Shown here one piece after another: positions 38,316-47,182 of a DNA stretch of 64,000 nucleotides (position 1 is its first letter; every line of letters starts with the position of its first letter). Below the pieces are notes generated by a model. The model was given only the letters and a program-made list of their open reading frames with translations, had not been told where the DNA came from and did not search any database. Made by a program: the position numbers and the translations under genes. The stretch covers positions 1 to 64,000 of IMG/VR virus record IMGVR_UViG_3300018089_000001. One strand, 5' to 3'. This DNA is from a virus (taxonomy: Duplodnaviria > Caudoviricetes).

Positions 38316-39863
38316 TCAGATTTCGATGCTGTCGACCGGAATGAAGTAGCTCGCGGCCTGCCTGGCCGAGTGGGCCCACCCCGGCTTCCCGACCACGAAG
38401 CCGTTGGGGTCCTCGAGCTTACGGTGCAGCACCGTGATGTACACGTCGCCCTGGCGGACGGCCGCCCGGACGTGCTCCCAGATGCCAGCGAACGCCGGCG
38501 CCTCGAACTCCATGCCGTCCCGGTCCGTGAGACGGAGCCAGGCCATGGGCCGCCCGTTCTTCTGGGGCCTCTCCTTGATCGACTTGACCAGGAGCGGGGC
38601 TATCAGGACCTCACGGTCCTCGTCCTCGACGAAGGCCGCGTAGCCCGGCTCGCAGAGACCCTCGCCGACGAGGCGGTCGACCTTCGCGTGCCGGTCGTTG
38701 ATGGAGAACGGGGTGCCGCGGAGGTTGAACCCGAGCAGCTCCCGCTCCCGCTCCATCAGCTCGATCGGGTCGTCCTTCGGGCCCCAGATCGCCTCGAGGA
38801 CGGGGGCCACGGCGTCCCGGTTCTTCTTATGGGAGAGCCGCTTGTCGGACCTGAAGGCCTCGTAGCGGAGGCGGAGGGTCGCCACGGACGTCCCGGGGAC
38901 CAGGTCGGTGAAGGCGCCCACGGCCATGAGGGCCTCGACGGACGTCTTCGTCGCCCCCGAGTCGAGCAGGAAGTCGGCGAACGAGGCGTACGGCTGACGG
39001 GCCGCGATCTTCTCGACCGCGGACGGTCCGATCCCCTTCACCGCCGTGAAGGGAAGCCGGATCCCGTTCCCTTCGATCCGAGGGGAGCGGCCCGACAGGT
39101 TCACGTCGACGGGCTTGATCTCGAAGCCCTGGCGGCGGATGTCGTTCACGTACGTCTGCAGGTCGGCCGCCTGGCCCGCGGAGAGCAGCGCGGCGAAGAA
39201 CTCCATCGGATAGTACGTCCGGAGGTACGCGGTCTGCATCGTGACCATGCCGTACGCCTTGGCGTGGGCCCGGTTGAAGCCGTAGGAGCCCCACTTGCCG
39301 AAGGCCTCCCAGAGGTCCTCGGCGGCGGAGCGGGCCATCCCGTTCCCCACGGCGCCCTCGACGACCTTGCCACGTAGCTCGGCGTCCTCCTGCCGGAGGA
39401 ACTCGTCGGACTTGCTCTTGTCCTTCTTGAGGAAGTGCTTGCGGACCCGGTTGGTGTCCTTCCAGGACATCCCGCAGAGCTTCCGGCAGGTCTCCAGGAG
39501 GTGCTCCTGGTAGACGAAGCAGCCGTAGGTGTCCCTCAGGACCTCCTCGAGCAGCGGGTGGTCGTACGTGACGTCCTCAAGGCCGTTCTTCCGCCTCGCG
39601 TACATCTGGTCCATGCCTGAGCCGAGTGGACCCGGACGGTAGAGGGCGCAGACGGCCGCGACGTCGTCGAAGCAGGTCGGCTTGACCTGCTGGAACAGCT
39701 TCATCATGCCCTGGGAGGTGACCGAGAAGATCCCCGTCATGTTCCCCTCCCAGAAGACCGTCCGCATGACCTCCATCGAGTTGAGGTCCATGGTCTTCGG
39801 GTCGATCTCATTGACGACGTCCTGGTAAGAACGTGGGACCCGCTTGATCGATTTGATCCGCAT
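38316..39863 (-). CDS. dnaE: DNA polymerase III alpha, C-terminal fragment (fingers, HhH, OB)
   Basis: ALYRPGPL, TYGCFVYQE, YGFNRAHA.AY, YPMEFFAALL, VDVNLS, VKGIG. Confidence 0.95.
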   Translation of the reverse strand: MRIKSIKRVPRSYQDVVNEIDPKTMDLNSMEVMRTVFWEGNMTGIFSVTSQGMMKLFQQVKPTCFDDVAAVCALYRPGPLGSGMDQMYARRKNGLEDVTYDHPLLEEVLRDTYGCFVYQEHLLETCRKLCGMSWKDTNRVRKHFLKKDKSKSDEFLRQEDAELRGKVVEGAVGNGMARSAAEDLWEAFGKWGSYGFNRAHAKAYGMVTMQTAYLRTYYPMEFFAALLSAGQAADLQTYVNDIRRQGFEIKPVDVNLSGRSPRIEGNGIRLPFTAVKGIGPSAVEKIAARQPYASFADFLLDSGATKTSVEALMAVGAFTDLVPGTSVATLRLRYEAFRSDKRLSHKKNRDAVAPVLEAIWGPKDDPIELMERERELLGFNLRGTPFSINDRHAKVDRLVGEGLCEPGYAAFVEDEDREVLIAPLLVKSIKERPQKNGRPMAWLRLTDRDGMEFEAPAFAGIWEHVRAAVRQGDVYITVLHRKLEDPNGFVVGKPGWAHSARQAASYFIPVDSIEI

Positions 39864-40099
39864 CAGTGACCCAGAGAGAGTGGGTCGAGGCCCAGTGGAA
39901 TCTCCGGCAGCCCCAACGATCTGAGGCTCTCATTGGCGGTGAGGTGCTCAGCGTAAACCTCCCGGTCTATCTCGGAATCCGGATGGAACCCGTGGCCTTG
40001 GTAGCCGCAACCGAAACACCTGAATAGGCAGACGCCGTCGAGAAAACCCCTCCGGTGCTCCGCGGAGCACCGGGGACAGACAAAGTGGATGTCACTCAT
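39863..40099 (-). CDS. small Zn-finger protein between the dnaE halves
   Basis: MSDIHFVCPRC...CFGCG; overlaps endonuclease stop and is TGATG-coupled to dnaE-C. Confidence 0.65.
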   Translation of the reverse strand: MSDIHFVCPRCSAEHRRGFLDGVCLFRCFGCGYQGHGFHPDSEIDREVYAEHLTANESLRSLGLPEIPLGLDPLSLGH

Positions 40100-40862
40100 A
40101 CGCGAAACGTCTCCCCCTCGTTGTTCCAGAGACACGGGTGCCACGGGCGCAGGCGGCGATGGCCGCCTCGCTGATATCATAATGCTGACTGGCGAGACGG
40201 ACGGATTCAAAGACAAGGCCATCGTCGAGGCACTTGACACGCTTGACCTTGGAGAGGCGGATGCGATCGCGATGTTCCTGCGTGATCACGCGATTGCTGA
40301 TCCTCTCTTTCGTCTCCTCGGAGTGCTTCTTCCCGTAGAAGGGGTTCTTAGAACCGGACTGGTCGCCCTTCTTCTTGCGGGTCTGTCGTTTTGGAGGGAC
40401 GACGATATCGAGGCTAGTCTTCGCGGTGGACGGATCGGGAGCATCATCAGGGGTTCGCTCGAGAAAACGACGTAGCTGTGATTCACGCATTCTCGCTCGG
40501 GTCTCATCTGAGAGCTTATGGCCGAGCAGTCCGCCGCCTCCATCGGTACAGTTCAAGAGTGCGCATCCCTCGCTTCTCTTTAAGCGAATCCAACGCACCT
40601 CCGCGTCATTCAAGAGGGAATTCGCGAGTTCCCAGTCTTCAGACTGTCCGAGGTTTTCGAGCGTCACCACCCGAGGACTCATTCCGAGTCCTTTCAACTT
40701 TCGAATCCAACAGTAAACAGGATAGTGTGCTTCTGCAACTCTCTTGTTCTGCAGATGCCTGTATGGGCGAACTAAGCCGCTCGCAGATCGTCCGACATAT
40801 CGAACTTCATCGGTTCGCGGATCCACCAGCCCGTATATCAGAAGATTCCAGAATTTCGTCAT
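40092..40862 (-). CDS. GIY-YIG homing endonuclease with NUMOD3-type repeats
   Basis: IYGLVDPR..VRYVGRS; LLNCTDGG.G; NPFYGKKHSEETKERIS; lower GC. Confidence 0.9.
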   Translation of the reverse strand: MTKFWNLLIYGLVDPRTDEVRYVGRSASGLVRPYRHLQNKRVAEAHYPVYCWIRKLKGLGMSPRVVTLENLGQSEDWELANSLLNDAEVRWIRLKRSEGCALLNCTDGGGGLLGHKLSDETRARMRESQLRRFLERTPDDAPDPSTAKTSLDIVVPPKRQTRKKKGDQSGSKNPFYGKKHSEETKERISNRVITQEHRDRIRLSKVKRVKCLDDGLVFESVRLASQHYDISEAAIAACARGTRVSGTTRGRRFAYE

Positions 40863-42852
40863 CTTCAATGAGCTGGTCGACTCTGATCGATCCTCGCTGT
40901 GTTTGCACTCGCTCATATGACAAAAACTTTCGGATTGAACCGTCCTCCATCTCCAGTTCGATCAATGGATGAGTTGCGGCGATCAGTTTGCAGGCTTGAG
41001 AGATGACCTCGAGCGAGGCAAGCGAAAGTATGTCAAACTTCACCAGCCCCATGTTGGAGGCCGACTTGTTCACGATCCCGTCGGTGAACGAGGCCTGGAC
41101 GACCCCCTTGGAGCGGAACACCGACGTCTCGGAGGGCAGGTCGTCGCCGATGACCACGCCCGAGGCGTGGCGCCCGACGTGGTGCTCCCGCCCGTACAGG
41201 CTCCGGACCGCACGCTCCAGCTGGGGGTACTGACGCATGAACGAGTTGAACGTCGGACTGAGGCGGTAGATGTCGTCGAGCTTGATGACGATGGCCGAGC
41301 GGGTCACCCCCTCGTCCTCGCTGTACAGGGCCCGCATCTCCCGCTCGATCTGCGCGTTGACGCGGTTGCAGAGGTTGTGGTCGATGTCGTGGACCCGGCA
41401 GAGGTCCTTCAGGAGGCCCTTGATCTGGTTGGTCCCGTACGTGCTGATGCAGGCGACGTTGTCCTCGCCGAAGTCGCGGCGGAGGATGTCCTTGACCCGG
41501 TCCACGTCCTGGAAGTCGAGGTCGATGTCCGGGGTCTCGACGCGGTCGATGTTGATGAACCGCTCGAACATCAGGTTGTGCTCGATCGGGTCGATGTTCG
41601 TGATCCCGGTGAGGTAGCAGATCAGGCTGCCGGCCGCCGATCCGCGGCCGGGACCGATGAGCATCTCCTTCCGCGCCGCGTCGCAGATGTTCCGGACGAC
41701 GAGGAAGTAGTTGGCGAGCCCCTTCTCCCGGATGACGCCCAGCTCGTAGCTCAGACGCTGGACGTACCGGTCGTCCCGCTCCAGCCCGCGGGACCTCAGT
41801 CCCACGGCCGCGGACCGCATGAGCTCCCTGAACGTGTCCGCGTACGGCAACGACGGGAGCCGCATCCGCGTGTCGGGCTCGAACTGCTCGACCAAGGAGT
41901 CCGCCATGAGCGTGTTATCGAACGCCTGGGCAAGGACGTCCTCCGGAACCTCGGGGTTGTTCAGGCGGAAGCTCTCCCACAGTTCGTCGGCCGACTTGAC
42001 GAAGAGGGAGCGCACGTCGAACCTATAGTCGGGCGGCAGGTTCCCGAGAGTGAGGCCCCCAGCCTTACCCCGATGCGTCAGGAGGAGGTGGAGGATCTGC
42101 TGCGACTGCCAGTCCGCGGGGTCCACATAGTGGCTGTCTTGCGTGACAAGGAGTGGGATCTTCGTCTCGTCGTGGATCTTAATGAGGGCGGAATTCAGTT
42201 CGGCTTGGTACGGCGCCGCGTTGGTCTGCAGCTCAAGGAAAAACCGACCCTGAAAGATCTCGGAGTACTCTTGAGCTAGCTTGACGACTTCATCCCATTC
42301 GCACTCGCCGCGTTTGAACAGCGAATAGCGAGCGCTGATGACACCGCCCATGCATGCTGATGAGGCGACTAGGCCCCTGCTGAGCTCAGCGAGCATCTCC
42401 TTGTCAAGGCGCGGCTTTTGGAAGTAGCCTTCCTTGTGGGCTCGGTACTGGAGCCGATAAAGGTTCGCCAGACCCTCCCTGCTTTGAGCCACCAAGACGA
42501 GATGGCCCTTCCGATAGAGGACCTTCCGCTTCGTCTTATCGAGGGCAGCGCGGTCAAGGTCGAACTCGACGTCCTCGACCGCGGCTTTCTTCTCAAGTGC
42601 CAGCTGCTCCTTGAGGGCTCGCCAGTCCTTGAGGCTATCGATGACGTAGCTCTCCATTCCGAGGAGAGCCCTCACGCCCTGCTTCTTGGCCTCGAGGAAA
42701 GTCCGTGCGTGCGAGTGGCAATGCCCGTGATTCGTGATCGCGAAGGACTTGAGTCCCTTGTCCTTCGCCGCCTTGACAAGCTCTTCAGGAGAACAGACGC
42801 CATCCTGAAAGCTGAAGGCATCGTGCGTATGCAGACTTGCCATCATCCTCAT
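40807..42852 (-). CDS. dnaE: DNA polymerase III alpha, N-terminal fragment (PHP, palm) with intein-like tail
   Basis: HTHDAFSFQDG, ITNHG, GPGRGSAAGS, FERF, PDIDLDF, RHASGV, KFDIL. Confidence 0.95.
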   Translation of the reverse strand: MRMMASLHTHDAFSFQDGVCSPEELVKAAKDKGLKSFAITNHGHCHSHARTFLEAKKQGVRALLGMESYVIDSLKDWRALKEQLALEKKAAVEDVEFDLDRAALDKTKRKVLYRKGHLVLVAQSREGLANLYRLQYRAHKEGYFQKPRLDKEMLAELSRGLVASSACMGGVISARYSLFKRGECEWDEVVKLAQEYSEIFQGRFFLELQTNAAPYQAELNSALIKIHDETKIPLLVTQDSHYVDPADWQSQQILHLLLTHRGKAGGLTLGNLPPDYRFDVRSLFVKSADELWESFRLNNPEVPEDVLAQAFDNTLMADSLVEQFEPDTRMRLPSLPYADTFRELMRSAAVGLRSRGLERDDRYVQRLSYELGVIREKGLANYFLVVRNICDAARKEMLIGPGRGSAAGSLICYLTGITNIDPIEHNLMFERFINIDRVETPDIDLDFQDVDRVKDILRRDFGEDNVACISTYGTNQIKGLLKDLCRVHDIDHNLCNRVNAQIEREMRALYSEDEGVTRSAIVIKLDDIYRLSPTFNSFMRQYPQLERAVRSLYGREHHVGRHASGVVIGDDLPSETSVFRSKGVVQASFTDGIVNKSASNMGLVKFDILSLASLEVISQACKLIAATHPLIELEMEDGSIRKFLSYERVQTQRGSIRVDQLIEDDEILESSDIRAGGSANR

Positions 42853-43002
42853 CGATGCAACCTCATTTCCACCACGGAGGGAGTAGATACCGACAACGGG
42901 CCCACTTCGCCATGCATGACCTATCGCAAAAAATCGTCTTTCCGCGCATCGGCCTTCGCACGATTCCGCCGCATGTCCAACAGAGGGACCGCCAGCCTCT
43001 GC

Positions 43003-43458
43003 TCACGGAACGATCTTCGCCACGTTCCATCCTACGGTGTAGGAGTACATCTCGATCGTCGGCTTGCCGTCGATCCGCGTCACGGCCCGCCGACGCTTCT
43101 GATCGATGAACTCCGTCCCGTCCTCCCGGCAGTACACGAACATCACGTAGTCCCGGGACTCCCTATAGACGTCGTCGCAGTAGTACCGGTGGGCCACCCG
43201 CTCCTTGCTCCGTGAGACCCAGACACCGTCCATGCGGCGCCCAGTGATCGCCTCCCTGAGGACGTACAACCCCCGTGCCCCCTCGACCCTCTCGAAATGA
43301 CGTCGGAAGATGTGCCCGAGGTTCATGTGGTAGTGGTGGTCGGATCGGGGGATGCCCGTGGCCATGCGGTACCTCGCGGCCGCCTCGCCCCAGCTGATCA
43401 CGCCGCCCGGCTGGAGACGAGCGAACCGCAGGATGCTAGCCGTCGCGCCGCGTTTCAT
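43003..43458 (-). CDS. hypothetical protein
   Basis: ATG 6 nt after GTGGTAGGAT. Confidence 0.55.
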   Translation of the reverse strand: MKRGATASILRFARLQPGGVISWGEAAARYRMATGIPRSDHHYHMNLGHIFRRHFERVEGARGLYVLREAITGRRMDGVWVSRSKERVAHRYYCDDVYRESRDYVMFVYCREDGTEFIDQKRRRAVTRIDGKPTIEMYSYTVGWNVAKIVP

Positions 43459-43665
43459 CAGGAAATCCTACCACGTGATGGGGTTGTCAGTTGAGCGACG
43501 AGTCGTCCCGACGGGCCTCAGCGAGAGCGAGAGCCCTCCTCCTGATCCAGGACAGGAAGGAGACCTGCAGGTGCGCGGGGATCTCGTCAGCGAACCTACT
43601 GAGGTCAGAGAGCGTGGGGGCGGCGGCCATCATCCGAAAGTACTTCTCGATCAGCTCCGCCAGGC

Positions 43666-44124
43666 TCACTTGGCCCTCCACTTGAGGAACGTGGGCTCAC
43701 GCTTGAGTTTCCGGGAGTACTCGATGGCGTCCCAGGTCCCCCCGTCCCTGACGCCGTCCCAGACGGCGGCGAGTCGGTCGCTGTTGTCGACCATCCATCG
43801 GTTCCTGATCGAATACACGGAGACCGAGTACCTGTCGACGTCGGACGTCACCCTCACGTCCGCGGCCTTCTCGAGACGAGCGAGGTACTGCTCACGGAGG
43901 GTCGGTGGCCACTCCAAGGCGTGACCGACCCACGGGACTGCCGCGGTGACCGGTATCCCGAGGTCCACGGCGATGTCGAAGGCCATCGAGTCGACCCCCT
44001 GGGCCATCCCCGAGATGACCCCGTCGGGCCGCTCGGTCATGAGGAACTCCTTGATGGCTATCCATGCCCCGGCGAGGTCGTCGCCGAGACGCTCGGAACG
44101 GTGTCCCGCGAAAGCGATTATCAT
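43666..44124 (-). CDS. SLOG/YspA-like (DUF1273) protein
   Basis: AFAGHR, ISGMAQGVD, RNRWMVDNSD, VWDG..GGT. Confidence 0.85.
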   Translation of the reverse strand: MIIAFAGHRSERLGDDLAGAWIAIKEFLMTERPDGVISGMAQGVDSMAFDIAVDLGIPVTAAVPWVGHALEWPPTLREQYLARLEKAADVRVTSDVDRYSVSVYSIRNRWMVDNSDRLAAVWDGVRDGGTWDAIEYSRKLKREPTFLKWRAK

Positions 44125-44600
44125 TCGATCTCCCCGAACTCCCGCTGGATGCAGTCCAGGACCTCATCCAGGGGAATCCTTGATTTGATTGGTGGCTCGC
44201 TGGTATAATACCTCTCCTGACGGCCGTTCCGGTATCCGGAGCGTTCGACCGTGTGGGCGAGCACCGTCTCCCAGCGTTGGAACCAGCAGCCGAGCGTCTC
44301 GTCCTCATTCATCGCCATCAGCCACCTGGCCTGGCTCTTATTGAACTCGAAGGTCGACACGGAGACGCTGTCGGGGTACTTGGCGGACGGGGTCTTAACC
44401 TCGATCGTCAGGAGCGGGGCCTCGTCGGGCCTCGAGAAGAGGAGGTCACCCTTTATGCCGTTGGCTCGGGAGTGCCTCGGACCCCTCCGGACCGTGATCC
44501 GTGAGCCGCGCTCTGCCAACCTCCGTCGAATGATCTCCAGGGCCCGGTCGTTGCCTTCCTCGCCGACCTTGGCCTCCCATGAGTTTGGGTCGTAGCTCAC
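44121..44600 (-). CDS. PD-(D/E)XK nuclease-like protein
   Basis: GDLL...TIEVKT. Confidence 0.55.
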   Translation of the reverse strand: MSYDPNSWEAKVGEEGNDRALEIIRRRLAERGSRITVRRGPRHSRANGIKGDLLFSRPDEAPLLTIEVKTPSAKYPDSVSVSTFEFNKSQARWLMAMNEDETLGCWFQRWETVLAHTVERSGYRNGRQERYYTSEPPIKSRIPLDEVLDCIQREFGEIE

Positions 44601-44634
44601 GCAACCCCGTCCTTGCCCAGCGGAGACAGCCCGA

Positions 44635-45024
44635 TCATTCGTTCACCACAACCCTTCCGTTCCTCAGGATCACCGTGCGGTCCGTCAGCGGGTCGTACTC
44701 ATACCAGGTCCTGGCCCACGGCCCCCGCAGCGTGAATACCCATGTGGTACCGAGGCTAACCACTCGATGGAAAGTGTCGCGTCTCGTGATGATAGGAAAC
44801 AGGCTCGGCACGTGGACCTCGATCCGTCCATCGAGGTGCTCCTCGATCAGGGTTCCCCACAGGACCCACGAGACGCTGTTGAAGGCGTGGGAGTGGTACT
44901 CGTCACGGCTGCCGTTCGCGAAACGCAGCAAGGCCACGCTGAACAGCCTCTTGACCTCAGCGAGCCAGTAGCCGACGACCGTCGACTTCGGGCCCCCGTC
45001 CTTGGCCCTGTGGAAGAACTTCAC
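44635..45024 (-). CDS. cupin-like phage protein
   Basis: YHSHAF..VSWVLWG...E...FHRV...TWVF. Confidence 0.6.
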   Translation of the reverse strand: MKFFHRAKDGGPKSTVVGYWLAEVKRLFSVALLRFANGSRDEYHSHAFNSVSWVLWGTLIEEHLDGRIEVHVPSLFPIITRRDTFHRVVSLGTTWVFTLRGPWARTWYEYDPLTDRTVILRNGRVVVNE

Positions 45025-45255
45025 ATCACACCGTGAATTCCGCGGCCTCGATCTCGATATGCAGCCATCCGGTCGCGACGATGTGTAGCTTTCCGTCAGC
45101 AGTCCTCAAGCGATGCGTCCCGCTTGGCCTGGCGAGGAAATGCGTCACGTCCGCGATGCAAACCTTCTCCCCTCCAGGGAAGGAGTACACCCGTGACTTC
45201 TCTGGCGGATCCAGCCTGGTCAACTCCACAACAGCAGCTTCGGGAAAATCAGTCA

Positions 45256-45621
45256 TCAGTATCCCTCCTGTAGCCTCCGCCGCACGACCGCGTTCTTCCG
45301 TCGAAACTCCTCGTAGAGCGCGTCGGGCGTCATCCCACTGATCACGCAGAGTTCCAGGAAGAACGCGAAGGCGTCGCCGATCTCCTCCCGGTAATGCTCG
45401 AGGTCCACCTCGGCGGCGTCGCTGAGGCGGTGCATCTTGTTCTTCAGCTCCACGGTGGCCTCGAAGAGCTCCGCGACGCAGTTGAAGACGCACTCCTTGA
45501 CGAAACGCTGGCCCGGCTTCGTACCGAGGTCAACGGGGTACTCGGGGAAGCGGTCGTGCTCCACGAGCATGTCCATGTACTCACGCTGGAGGGCGAAGGC
45601 CCGGTCGAGCTTGTCACTCAT
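45256..45621 (-). CDS. MazG/dimeric dUTPase-like (d)NTP pyrophosphatase, candidate dCTPase
   Basis: AELFEA..ELKNK.H...EEIGDAFAF...KNAVVRRRLQEGY. Confidence 0.8.
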   Translation of the reverse strand: MSDKLDRAFALQREYMDMLVEHDRFPEYPVDLGTKPGQRFVKECVFNCVAELFEATVELKNKMHRLSDAAEVDLEHYREEIGDAFAFFLELCVISGMTPDALYEEFRRKNAVVRRRLQEGY

Positions 45622-45798
45622 CGGTCGAAGTAGTCCGTCCTCATCGGCTCGATCGTCGCCCGCGCGACGAGATCATCGCCCGCGCCGTGGAATGTCACCA
45701 TGACCCCGTGGTTCGGCTTGATGTGTCCAGCCTTGGTCAGGTACTCCCTGACCGCCTGGCTGATCTCCGGCTCGCTCAGTTCGACTGTCACCTTCATC

Positions 45799-46374
45799 TC
45801 ACCCCTTCGTCCAGCGTCTCTGGAGCACAGTCGAGAGACGTGGCTCCGCGCATCCCGTCCCATAGACCCAGCGCAGCCTCTTGCCGGACACGGTCACGTC
45901 ACGAATGCCGTATGAGCCGAGTTCGACGCGAGTGTCCTTCTCGACAATGTCGTAACCGTGCTCGGTGCGAAGCACGCGGATGTCAGGAAGGAACGTCTCG
46001 AAGAACGTGCACGCCTCGTGCACCATGTGCATCAGGTGACCCTCGTCCACGTCGTGGGCGTTGATCAACTCCGCCTTGAGGAAGTAGATGCGCCGGAGCT
46101 CGTCCAGCCTCTGCTCCCACCGGAAGCACGGCGTGACGCACACTGCCCGCTTCAGCGGCTGCCCGTCCAGCATCATCTGGATGAACGACTGCTCGCCGGA
46201 GGCCACGAGATTGCCGAAATGCCCCGCCGGGGTGGCGATTCGTAGGTCCGTGGCCCCCGGGGGCTTCGTGGCGTCGTACGCGGGCGGGTCCACGTACCAC
46301 GGGGCGTCCTGGACGTACACGTACCCCCGCTTCTGATAGAACTCGATGGCGCTCGCGATGTGTCGGTAGTCCAT
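45799..46374 (-). CDS. stand-alone class II aminoacyl-tRNA synthetase catalytic core
   Basis: LVASGEQSF, TPCFRWE (motif 2), ELGSYG, GTGCAEPRLS (motif 3); no anticodon domain. Confidence 0.75.
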   Translation of the reverse strand: MDYRHIASAIEFYQKRGYVYVQDAPWYVDPPAYDATKPPGATDLRIATPAGHFGNLVASGEQSFIQMMLDGQPLKRAVCVTPCFRWEQRLDELRRIYFLKAELINAHDVDEGHLMHMVHEACTFFETFLPDIRVLRTEHGYDIVEKDTRVELGSYGIRDVTVSGKRLRWVYGTGCAEPRLSTVLQRRWTKG

Positions 46375-46375
46375 G

Positions 46376-46780
46376 TCACTCCTCCTTGGGGACCCGGTGG
46401 CCCACCTTGAAGGCCCGCTTCGTGATCGCGGCCATTGACAGGAGATCGGACAACTCGATGCTCGGGTGATGGCGGTCGAGGTACCCCTCGATCGCTCCGA
46501 TGAGGTCCGCGAGCTCTAGGAGGGCCATCAGGGAACACCGCTGGGCCAGGGCGTCCTTGAACTCCGCCAGCTCCTCCTCGATCTTCGAGACCTCGCCGTA
46601 CTCGCCCTGCGGTATCCAGGCGATGTGGTATCCGATCGGGGATGGCGGTGTCTCGAGCTGCTGGATCGTCTTGAACGCCGTACACATGCAGGACGGAGCG
46701 GAGAGAGGCTTGGCGGTGCAGGCCCCAGTCCCCATGAAATGGAGGATGCTGACGTGTCCGCACCAGCACTTCGGCTCCAT
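46376..46780 (-). CDS. MazG-like protein with N-terminal Cys/His motif
   Basis: SKIEEELAEF.DA...LELADLIGA. Confidence 0.65.
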   Translation of the reverse strand: MEPKCWCGHVSILHFMGTGACTAKPLSAPSCMCTAFKTIQQLETPPSPIGYHIAWIPQGEYGEVSKIEEELAEFKDALAQRCSLMALLELADLIGAIEGYLDRHHPSIELSDLLSMAAITKRAFKVGHRVPKEE

Positions 46781-47182
46781 GGTCAGGCCTCCGCCTTTCC
46801 GAACATGTCCGGGAGCTCGTACCGGTCGTATGGGCGGCCACTGAAGCCGTGGGCCACGACCAGGCGTCCCAGTGACGAGTTGAGGGAGTAGAGCTCACAC
46901 CACGGTTGGACGGAGAGCAGGGCCTTCCGCACGGAGCGGGCGTGCTCCTCCCCCGTGACCGTGACTGCGACCAGCCGCGGTCGGCGCTGGGAGATGCTCG
47001 CGTACGTCCGTCTAGTCGGCTCGGCACCGTCGACGACGACGACGCTCTCCGGAACGACGAGCAGAAGCATCTCAGACAGCGTCAGCGGACGGAACCAGGC
47101 GGCCGGGTAGGTCCGCGACTGGTCGCGATTGGCGATGACGACGACACGCTCGTAAGAGCGGACGTCCAGGACGAGTTCGATG

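Noticed and set aside
39863-40965. Group I intron interrupting dnaE
   Set aside because: The interval is fully occupied by overlapping ORFs, leaving no evident room for a ribozyme core, and dnaE-C has its own coupled ATG. RT-PCR would settle it.
39834-40990. Canonical trans-splicing split intein
   Set aside because: No block A, no TxxH His and no terminal HN-C/S/T. The nearby Cys in ACKLI aligns with normal DnaE sequence.
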